Below the pieces are notes generated by a model. The model saw only the letters and a program-made list of their open reading frames with translations. It ran no database searches and was not told the origin of the DNA. This document shows, in pieces, positions 16,299-23,613 of a stretch of 44,485 nucleotides of DNA. The position numbers were made by a program, and so were the translations under genes. How positions within the stretch are numbered: the first letter of the stretch is position 1; every line of letters begins with the position of its first letter. This DNA comes from a virus. Lineage: Duplodnaviria > Caudoviricetes. The DNA lies in IMG/VR virus record IMGVR_UViG_3300037483_000521, positions 1 through 44,485 of that record; one strand, 5' to 3'.

Positions 16299-17002
16299 AT
16301 CTATATGTTGTTGATGTGTTGAAACGCATAGCTAACCATGCTGGCGACAACCCGGCACAAGACGCGGCTTCTGCTCTTTCTATTGCTTTTGAACACGCCA
16401 GCGAAATCGAACGCCTCACCCTCGACCTCCAATCCTCCCACGCGCTCACCCGCGAGCTGAACGACCAGATGGTGCGGCTTCAGCAGGATAACCGGAATCT
16501 GAATGAGCAGCTAAACGAGGCGCAATCGAACTATCAATTCATGGTTGACCGAGCGGCAAATGAAAAGCTAGATGGATATCGTGAATTGGGCGCGAAGTGC
16601 GCTTTGCTAGAAGAACGCGCCGAGAAAGCCGAAGCCGAACTCGCCCAAGCCAAGAACATGCCAGTAACAAGAAAACATGAAGTTGAATTCTGGAATGACG
16701 CGTTCAATGAAGTAGCTCGCCGCCTCAAGGAAGCCGAAGCGAGAGAGGCGGGGATGGTGGAGGCGCTTGAAAAGGCCCGAGCCACTCCGGTTTACCAACC
16801 AGGAGGGTGTCCATCTTGTCTAATTCAGGACATTGCAGATAAAGCCCTCCCCCTCGCCTCCCCTCGGGCGAAGCAGATATTGGAGGATGCGGCGCGCTAC
16901 CGTTGGCTTGCGGCAAACCCAGGCGATCGCGCTTCGCTAGAGTGGCTGGAAGCCGACACGATTGACGCCTACATAGACGAACAGCGCGGCGTCAAGTCGT
17001 GA
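16295..17002 (+). CDS. Mosaic coiled-coil accessory protein
   Basis: ATGA-coupled start; EIERL, ERAEKAEAELA and DAARYRWL modules. Confidence 0.8.
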   Translation: MNLYVVDVLKRIANHAGDNPAQDAASALSIAFEHASEIERLTLDLQSSHALTRELNDQMVRLQQDNRNLNEQLNEAQSNYQFMVDRAANEKLDGYRELGAKCALLEERAEKAEAELAQAKNMPVTRKHEVEFWNDAFNEVARRLKEAEAREAGMVEALEKARATPVYQPGGCPSCLIQDIADKALPLASPRAKQILEDAARYRWLAANPGDRASLEWLEADTIDAYIDEQRGVKS

Positions 17003-17124
17003 AACTTCGCATGGACCCGCTGGGCTACATCATCCTTGCTGTGATTTTGTCCATGCTGGGCGGTTACGTCAACGACACAACGAACGAGGAACCCGATGAG
17101 CGAACGAGCACTCCGGCACAATGA
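16999..17124 (+). CDS. Small membrane peptide (41 aa)
   Basis: GTGA-coupled start; PLGYIILAVILSMLGGY hydrophobic helix. Confidence 0.45.
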   Translation: MKLRMDPLGYIILAVILSMLGGYVNDTTNEEPDERTSTPAQ

Positions 17125-17674
17125 GGGCAAGCCGATCCTCCACACGGCGCTGACCTTCCCCGAAGCTCTGCGCGGTGTCGCCCGCGTCACCGCTTACGGC
17201 GAGAAGAAATACGCCCGCTTCAACTACCTGAAAGGCGCCCCGGCGTCGCAGTCCATCGACTGCGCGCTGCGGCACCTGCTCGCCTGGTACAACGGCGAGG
17301 ACAAGGACGCCGAATCGGGGCTGAACCACCTCGACCACTTTGTATGGAACGCGATGCGCCTGGCCGACGAGCTGCAAAGGCGCCCGGAGCTGGATGATAG
17401 GCCGGGGAAGCAGGCGACGCCGGTTGGTGTTGCGCGGCCGTTCAAGCCCGGCGATCGCGTGGTCTACAGCGTTGCCGGCCCTGTTGGTTGGGAGCGCATG
17501 GATTGGGCGGCGGTAGCCGAACTTCGGTTAGGCGAACAATACACAATAAGAAGCGTTGAGTCTAACGCCGATAACAAGATCGTGTACATAACAGAGGATA
17601 AGATGAGTCTTGAAATCCACCCAGGCCACTTCACGCATGCCCCAACTTCTCCCGCACCAAGTCAAGGGGGCTGA
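17096..17674 (+). CDS. dATP/dGTP diphosphohydrolase (DUF5664-like) with an extra C-terminal domain
   Basis: RHNEGKP, VARVTAYGEKKYARFNYLKG, ALRHL and DAESGLNHLDH motifs. Confidence 0.85.
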   Translation: MSERALRHNEGKPILHTALTFPEALRGVARVTAYGEKKYARFNYLKGAPASQSIDCALRHLLAWYNGEDKDAESGLNHLDHFVWNAMRLADELQRRPELDDRPGKQATPVGVARPFKPGDRVVYSVAGPVGWERMDWAAVAELRLGEQYTIRSVESNADNKIVYITEDKMSLEIHPGHFTHAPTSPAPSQGG

Positions 17675-18938
17675 ATGGCTCGCCAGCAAACGCCACGCCC
17701 TGCTCGCGGACGAAATGAGAGTCGGGAAGGCGGTGCAGACCGTCGTCGCCTGCGATCTGCTCGACGCCCAGCGGATCCTGGTGATCTGTCCTGCCGTCGC
17801 CAGGATAAACTGGCTGCGCGAATTTGGAAAGTTTTCTTCTCGCTCCCTGCTCACAAGCGCCTTACTTTCGTCAACCTGCTCCGCGCTATCGAGGGGAGTC
17901 AACGTCGTCTCCTACGATCTGGTAGACACATATGAAGCCCAGCACCTTCTCGGCGACACAGACGCGTTCGACCGCTTCGACGTGCTGGTTCTCGATGAGA
18001 GCCACTACCTGAAGAGCGCCGATGCCCAACGGTCCCAAGTTATTCTCGGAAGAGGCGGCCTTGTGCATCGAGCGAGACATGTTTGGGCGCTGTCCGGCAC
18101 CCCGGCGCCCAACCACTACGCCGAGCTGTGGCCCCTGCTGCGAGTGTTTGGTGTGTACAAGGGCGGCTACGATGAATTTGTACGGGAATTCTGCACCGGT
18201 TTTCGCGGGCCATACGGCTTTCAGATTACAGGATCGAAAAATACGATGAAACTTCGTGAACTGCTGAGCAAAGTGATGCTGCGTCGGACCATGAAAGAGG
18301 TGCGGCCCGAGATGCCCGCGATCGAGTTTGATGAGTTCGTGGTGCCCGGCGTTGCTTGGCCGAGCAACTCGCAAGATCAAGATGCGTTTTGGGTTGAAGA
18401 ACGCAAAGTATCCGAGACGTTAGGCGCGAATCTCCGCATCGAGGACGTTCCTGCTCCCACCCTGCGCCGCTACACCGGCCTCGCCAAAGTCCCAGCTGTG
18501 GTCGATCTGGTCAAGCTGCGGCTCGACGGCGGCACCAAGAAGATTGTTCTGTTCGCGTACCACCGCGAAGTGATCGAACAGCTTATGGAGCTGTTTCCGG
18601 GCGAGGCCATCGCCGCGGTCGCGCTGTACGGGCAGACTTCCGCCCAGCAGCGGGAGAAAAACATCCGAATGTTTCAAGAGGCTCCGTTTTGCAAAGTGTT
18701 CATCGGCCAAATCGTCGCCGCCGGCACCAACATTGATTTATCTGTTTCAGATGAAGCAATATTTGTGGAAGCCTCCTGGGTGCCAGGCGAGAACGCGCAA
18801 GCCGCTGCTCGCCTGCAAAACGTCAACAAGAACCGCCTGATCACGGCGACCTTCGTGGCACTGGCTGATTCGATCGACGAGCGCATCCAGACCACACTGC
18901 GCCGCAAGACGAAAGACTTGACGGCTTTGTTTGCCTAG
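17637..18938 (+). CDS. SNF2-family helicase
   Basis: LLADEMRVGK, VICPA, LDESH, LSGTP, GTNIDL and QAAARL motifs. Confidence 0.9.
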   Translation: MPQLLPHQVKGAEWLASKRHALLADEMRVGKAVQTVVACDLLDAQRILVICPAVARINWLREFGKFSSRSLLTSALLSSTCSALSRGVNVVSYDLVDTYEAQHLLGDTDAFDRFDVLVLDESHYLKSADAQRSQVILGRGGLVHRARHVWALSGTPAPNHYAELWPLLRVFGVYKGGYDEFVREFCTGFRGPYGFQITGSKNTMKLRELLSKVMLRRTMKEVRPEMPAIEFDEFVVPGVAWPSNSQDQDAFWVEERKVSETLGANLRIEDVPAPTLRRYTGLAKVPAVVDLVKLRLDGGTKKIVLFAYHREVIEQLMELFPGEAIAAVALYGQTSAQQREKNIRMFQEAPFCKVFIGQIVAAGTNIDLSVSDEAIFVEASWVPGENAQAAARLQNVNKNRLITATFVALADSIDERIQTTLRRKTKDLTALFA

Positions 18939-18964
18939 CGTATTGTTATAATCTCAACGCGTTG
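18918..18964 (+). promoter_or_regulatory. Promoter(s) with a perfect operator-like palindrome
   Basis: TTGACG-N17-TATTGT overlapping an extended -10 TGtTATAAT (18944-18952); CAACGCGTTG at 18955-18964. Confidence 0.7.
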
Positions 18965-18986
18965 TTAACCTGACATTGGAGCGTAC

Positions 18987-19403
18987 ATGAAAGCTGAACT
19001 GTCCTTCACGTTTGAATCCCTCGAAGAACTGCACGATTTCACGGCCAAGATGGCGGTGCCGGTGCCCGCATACAGCCCGCGTATGCCGAGCGAGTTGGAA
19101 GGCGCATCCGCAGTTGCCGGGTTTGCCAAGGCGCCGGCCGAAGAGCCTCGCACCACCAAGGTCCGCAAGACCAAAACGGCGGAAATGAAGTCCGTGGCTG
19201 TTGTGGACCTCCCCGCTACCGAAGAACAGGAACCCGCCACCGCCACCGTCGACGCCGTGCGTGCCGCCATCTCGGCCGTCAACGAGAAGTTCGGCCTGGT
19301 CCCGGCGCGCAAGGTGCTCAACCAGTTCGGCGTCAAACGCATACCTGAACTGAAGCCCGAGCAGTACGCCGACTTCGTGAAGGCATGCAGCGCGGTCAAG
19401 TGA
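18987..19403 (+). CDS. Conserved phage protein preceding DUF2800 nucleases
   Basis: C-terminal KVLNQFGVKRIPELKPEQYADF helical motif; GGAG RBS. Confidence 0.8.
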   Translation: MKAELSFTFESLEELHDFTAKMAVPVPAYSPRMPSELEGASAVAGFAKAPAEEPRTTKVRKTKTAEMKSVAVVDLPATEEQEPATATVDAVRAAISAVNEKFGLVPARKVLNQFGVKRIPELKPEQYADFVKACSAVK

Positions 19404-19416
19404 CCAAGGAGGCAAC

Positions 19417-19587
19417 GTGAAGGGCGTGAATAAAATGTTTTTCAACGAAGCGACGCTGATCGAAGCGGTTCAAAGGCAGTTTAATTTTGAATTCGCTGAA
19501 GGCTCTGCGCCTAAAGTCACGGGCGTGTCGTGGGATCCTCGGGAACTCACGTTCGAGGTCACCGTGGAATCACCGGACGGCCCGTGA
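19417..19587 (+). CDS. Hypothetical protein (56 aa), not in the ORF track
   Basis: AAGGAGG RBS, GTG start, MKGVNKMFFNEATLIEAVQ...TFEVTVESPDGP. Confidence 0.65.
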   Translation: MKGVNKMFFNEATLIEAVQRQFNFEFAEGSAPKVTGVSWDPRELTFEVTVESPDGP

Positions 19588-19775
19588 CCACCCTCGTCGT
19601 CATCGACACGAAAAGCGCCCGCATGGCCCGCTACGAGAACCGTCGGCGCAGCCACAAGGTCGCGCCGAGCGACCCAGAAGCGCACCCCTTGTCGGCCGCT
19701 TACGCGCCGCTGATAAACGAGTTCCGGATTCACCCCGAGAAGTTCTTCCCTACGGATCCACAGGAGGCAGCGTGA
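19584..19775 (+). CDS. Hypothetical protein (63 aa)
   Basis: GTGA coupling at both ends; ends QEAA with an embedded RBS. Confidence 0.6.
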   Translation: MTTLVVIDTKSARMARYENRRRSHKVAPSDPEAHPLSAAYAPLINEFRIHPEKFFPTDPQEAA

Positions 19776-19876
19776 AAGCCGAGCGGCAGATGGATGTGTT
19801 CTTTGCGGTGCTGTCAATCGCGGTCGGCGCGGGTGCTTGTCTGTTGATCGCGCTGGGCGTGATGGGGTGGATATGA
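19772..19876 (+). CDS. Small membrane peptide (34 aa)
   Basis: AGGAGG RBS; hydrophobic helix; ATGA overlap with the nuclease. Confidence 0.55.
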   Translation: MKAERQMDVFFAVLSIAVGAGACLLIALGVMGWI

Positions 19877-21033
19877 CTTCCAACCTCCCCGCCCACTCCA
19901 AACTCGGCGCCAGCCAGATGCACCGGTGGGAGAAATGCCCCGGCTCCGTCCGCCTGTCCGTCGGCATCGAGTCCGTCTCGTCCTCCTACGCCGCGGAAGG
20001 GACGGTGGCGCATGAGATCGCGGCGCTTTGCTTGAAAGAGTCGGAGAGCCCGAGTTTTTTTGTAGGCCAGATTCATGTCTATGAAGGGCACCGAATTGAA
20101 GTCACGGAAGAGCTGGCCGACGCCGTGCTCGTCTATCTCACGACCGTCCGCGGTGACTACGCCGATTCCCCGCATCGCCCGGAGCTGCTGATCGAGCACA
20201 AGTTCCACCTCAAGGACATCCACAACGATCTGTACGGCACGGCCGACTGCGTGGCGCTGTACCGCGAGCACAAAATGCTCCGGGTCTACGATTATAAACA
20301 CGGAGCGGGTGTCGCGGTCGAGGTCGAGGACAACCCGCAGCTCAAGTATTACGCCCTGGGCGCGTTGCTGACCTGCGGCGCCCCAGTGCGTGATGTGGAG
20401 ATGGTTATCGTCCAGCCCCGCTGCCCGCACCCCGATGGCCCGGTGCGTCGTCAGATCATCAAGGCGATCGACCTGCTGGAATTCTCGGCCGACCTGCTGG
20501 ATGCGGTTCATGCCACGGAAGCACCCGACGCCCCGCTCCACGATGGCGATTGGTGCCGCTGGTGCCCCGCCGCCGGTATCTGCCCCCAGCTCGCCAAGCG
20601 CGCCAACGAAACGGCCAAACTGGAATTCGCCCCGCAGTTGTCCTACGACCCGAAGGTGCTGGCTGAAACCCTTGACACCCTGCCACGGCTGGAAGCGTGG
20701 GTCGAGAGTGTAAGGCAGTTCGCCTACGGCGAAGCCTTGCACGGCCGGATCCCGCCCAACTACAAGCTGGTCGAGAAGCGCGCCACCCGCAAGTGGATTG
20801 ACGACCACACCGCCGAGATCGAGCTGAAGAAGCTCGGCTTGGCCGAGAGCGATCTGTACGCCGAGCGCAAGATTCTCTCCCCGGCGCAGATCGAGAAGAA
20901 GATCGGCAAGGTCAACAAACCTGCACTGGCGCCGCTGGTGCAGTCGGTGTCAAGTGGGATGACCTTGGTACACGCCAGCGACAACCGCGAGGCGATCAAA
21001 AACGATGCGAAGTCGGATTTCGAGGGGCGCTGA
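19873..21033 (+). CDS. Cas4-like PD-(D/E)XK exonuclease (DUF2800 family)
   Basis: HSKLGAS..RWEKCPGS, EGTVAHE, GTADC, DYKHG, QLKYYALG and WCRWCPAAGICP (Fe-S cysteines). Confidence 0.9.
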   Translation: MTSNLPAHSKLGASQMHRWEKCPGSVRLSVGIESVSSSYAAEGTVAHEIAALCLKESESPSFFVGQIHVYEGHRIEVTEELADAVLVYLTTVRGDYADSPHRPELLIEHKFHLKDIHNDLYGTADCVALYREHKMLRVYDYKHGAGVAVEVEDNPQLKYYALGALLTCGAPVRDVEMVIVQPRCPHPDGPVRRQIIKAIDLLEFSADLLDAVHATEAPDAPLHDGDWCRWCPAAGICPQLAKRANETAKLEFAPQLSYDPKVLAETLDTLPRLEAWVESVRQFAYGEALHGRIPPNYKLVEKRATRKWIDDHTAEIELKKLGLAESDLYAERKILSPAQIEKKIGKVNKPALAPLVQSVSSGMTLVHASDNREAIKNDAKSDFEGR

Positions 21034-21287
21034 TGGACTTCCGCGGCCTTGCTGAAGCGGTTGCCGAAGTTCCCCCGCCCCCGTGCGAGGTCTACCGGTG
21101 CCGGTACTACGCCAAGTGCGCGACGGAACTGCTGGCTTGCAAGGCGTTTCAGTATTACGTCTACACCGGCCTGGCGGTGGCGCCCCACAGCCTGCCGTCC
21201 AGGCGCAAATACGATGTCGTGATGCGCGGGTACGAACACTCGCAAGTTCGCAGCGGAAACAAAGTAACGGAGGTGCGCAGTGTCTGA
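21033..21287 (+). CDS. Cys-rich hypothetical protein
   Basis: PPC-x4-C-x5-C-x6-C pattern; TGATG coupling. Confidence 0.7.
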   Translation: MDFRGLAEAVAEVPPPPCEVYRCRYYAKCATELLACKAFQYYVYTGLAVAPHSLPSRRKYDVVMRGYEHSQVRSGNKVTEVRSV

Positions 21288-21729
21288 GACGAAAACACCG
21301 TTGATCCGAAATCGAACTCCTGAAGGCCGCTGGATACGTCCTCGGCCGAACGGCTGGAAAGCGCCGTTCCATTTCAGCATCCACAACCAAGCCTTCGTGG
21401 CTCGGGTGCTGGGTCTGCAGCACGCTAACGCCAAACCCCGGGCAGGCGTCCTGCCTTGGGACTTGGACAAGGCGCTGAAATCGGCGGCGCGCCGGTACCA
21501 GAAATTCTGCGGGAATACCGGTCGGCATTCTCCACATCAAGGCGAGCGCGAGCGTGAGCGCCGCCGGATCGGCGGAATGGCTACTCGGCACGATCACGCG
21601 ATGCACGAGACGCACGTTTCCGGTGACAGCCCGGTGTTTGATGGGTTTACCGGTGTGCCTGCGGGGTTTTTCCGAGGGTTCACTTTTATAACGCGCGAGC
21701 GTCGCTGCCCCGTATGCGACACACGCTGA
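21280..21729 (+). CDS. Basic hypothetical protein
   Basis: GGAGG RBS; HSPHQGERERERR motif; C-terminal CxxC. Confidence 0.55.
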   Translation: MSETKTPLIRNRTPEGRWIRPRPNGWKAPFHFSIHNQAFVARVLGLQHANAKPRAGVLPWDLDKALKSAARRYQKFCGNTGRHSPHQGERERERRRIGGMATRHDHAMHETHVSGDSPVFDGFTGVPAGFFRGFTFITRERRCPVCDTR

Positions 21730-21871
21730 AAGATCACCGGAGAGCGCGGCTGTCTTCTCCCGCACTCTCTTTGAGGTGAAAAACGGGCGACGGGTGAAAG
21801 CGGATGCTAGGGCGTTTGGAATAGTCCGGTGCAGCGAGTAGCCCCGAGCCTTTTCAACTTACTGAGGAACT

Positions 21872-22459
21872 GTGCAAATGACGACTGATACGAAAAAAGC
21901 TGAAAACATAATGACTCCGGAGTTCCGGGTGTCTTATCCGAGTGTGTTCAAGGCCAAACTGAACGAGCTGTCCAAGAAGATGGAATTCTCGCTCGTGGCG
22001 TTGTTCAAGAAAGGCGAAAACCTGGACGCGCTGAAGAAGGAAGCCGAGCGCGCCGTAATTGCCCGCTGGGGCAGTGACAAGACCAAGTGGCCGAAGAACC
22101 TCCGCAGTCCGTTCCGCGACCAGGGCGAACGCGAGAGTGACGGCTATGAAGCCGGCGCAGTGTTCATGAATCTGAAGTCATCGCAACGTCCCGGGCTGGT
22201 CGATGGTGGCAACAACGACATCATCAACGAGACGGATTTCTACGCTGGCTGCTACGCCCGCGCCACGCTTCGTGCGTATGCGTACCCGAAGCCTGGCGTG
22301 ACCGGTCAGACACCGGGCGTCGCCTTCGGATTACAGAACATCCAGAAGCTGCGCGATGGCGAGTCCCTGTCCGGCCGCATGAAGGCGCAGGACGAGTTCG
22401 AGCCGGTAGCCGACGCAGAAGTGAGCGCGGGCGGCGACGCCGGCTCGCTGTTCGGTTAA
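21872..22459 (+). CDS. Single-stranded DNA-binding protein (DUF2815 / T7 gp2.5-like)
   Basis: RVSYPSVF, SPFRD, RPGLVD, FYAGCYARA and GVAFGLQNIQKLRDGE motifs; acidic tail ending in F-G. Confidence 0.9.
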   Translation: MQMTTDTKKAENIMTPEFRVSYPSVFKAKLNELSKKMEFSLVALFKKGENLDALKKEAERAVIARWGSDKTKWPKNLRSPFRDQGERESDGYEAGAVFMNLKSSQRPGLVDGGNNDIINETDFYAGCYARATLRAYAYPKPGVTGQTPGVAFGLQNIQKLRDGESLSGRMKAQDEFEPVADAEVSAGGDAGSLFG

Positions 22460-22486
22460 TTTTTTGGGCGTGTGTTAAGGCAATTG

Positions 22487-22517
22487 GTCCCCGCCGTCAA
22501 ACGCGGGGACACTTTTT
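22487..22517 (+). terminator. Probable terminator after the SSB gene
   Basis: GTCCCCGC...GCGGGGAC stem followed by ACTTTTT. Confidence 0.6.
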
Positions 22518-22520
22518 AAA

Positions 22521-22730
22521 ATGCCGTACAAGGATCCAAAGCAGCATCGACGGCGTTTCAAAAAGTGGTACGCGGAGAACCCGGAACACGAACGTGCGCG
22601 TAAACGCGCCCGGCACAGGCGGAACCGGGAGCACGAACTGCTCAGTATGCGATTGTGGTACCAGCAGAACAGGCATCATCACATCATGAAACAGAGACGG
22701 AGGCGCGCACATGGGGCGACCCTTGACTGA
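22521..22730 (+). CDS. Basic helical peptide; possible homing-endonuclease N-terminal remnant
   Basis: MPYKDP...KWYAENPE...WYQQN repeats; no nuclease domain follows. Confidence 0.5.
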   Translation: MPYKDPKQHRRRFKKWYAENPEHERARKRARHRRNREHELLSMRLWYQQNRHHHIMKQRRRRAHGATLD

Positions 22731-23613
22731 GAAAGAGCGGCGTGAACGGGAAGCCCGGGCGGCGGCAGCGAATCGCCAGCACGAGGCCGAACGCAACGCC
22801 AACCACCGCCGCGCTCGCGGCCAGGCCCGCGTTCTCTTGCCGGCGCTGGACGGGTGCGTGTTCGTCTGCTCCGATCAGCACCACTATCCCGGTTTGGATC
22901 CCAGCCCAGCCCACAAGGCATCCTTGTTATTGGCGAAGAAATTCAAACCCTACGCCATTATCTCAAACGGAGATGCCATCGACGGCGCCAGCATTTCCCG
23001 CTGGCCGGTCGGGTCGTACTCCCAGCTCGGCGAGCAGCCGACTGTGAGCGCAGAACTATTGGAGACTCACAGGAGGCTGAAGGAATACGAGGACTTGTCC
23101 TTCGTCAAGTATTGCGTGTGGAACCTCGGCAACCACGACGCGCGATTCGAGACGCGCCTGGCGGCGGTGGCCCCGCAGTACGCCGGGGTGAACGGATTCA
23201 CGCTGAAGGACCACTACCCCGGCTGGCTGCCCGCCTGGGCGACGTGGATCACGTCGAACAAAGACAAGCACGCAGCACCCGAGGTAGTGGTGAAACACCG
23301 CTTCAAGGGCGGCACCTACGCCAGCCACAACAACGCGCTGTGGTCCGGCGTGTCGATGGTGACGGGCCACGACCACATGCTGTGGGCCAAGGCGCTGACG
23401 GACTACCACGGCACACGCTGGGGCATCGGCGCCGGCACGATGGCGCCCATCTACGGCCCGCACTTCACGAACTACACCGAGGACAACCCGGTGAACTGGC
23501 AAAGCGGCTTCGTCATCCTGCACTTCCGGGGCGGCAAGTTCACCGGCCCGGAACTGGTCCACGCGCTGCCGGACGGCCGGGTGCTGTTCCGCGGGGATGT
23601 GCTGAAGGTATGA
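22711..23613 (+). CDS. Calcineurin-like metallophosphoesterase
   Basis: SDQH, GDAID, GNHD, KH and GHDH metal-binding motifs. Confidence 0.85.
   Translation: MGRPLTEKERREREARAAAANRQHEAERNANHRRARGQARVLLPALDGCVFVCSDQHHYPGLDPSPAHKASLLLAKKFKPYAIISNGDAIDGASISRWPVGSYSQLGEQPTVSAELLETHRRLKEYEDLSFVKYCVWNLGNHDARFETRLAAVAPQYAGVNGFTLKDHYPGWLPAWATWITSNKDKHAAPEVVVKHRFKGGTYASHNNALWSGVSMVTGHDHMLWAKALTDYHGTRWGIGAGTMAPIYGPHFTNYTEDNPVNWQSGFVILHFRGGKFTGPELVHALPDGRVLFRGDVLKV

Noticed and set aside
22854-23609. N-terminal extension making a 981-aa polymerase
   Set aside because: It overlaps the phosphoesterase in another frame and reads as Arg/Gly/Pro-rich shadow sequence. The exonuclease motif begins right after ATG 23610.
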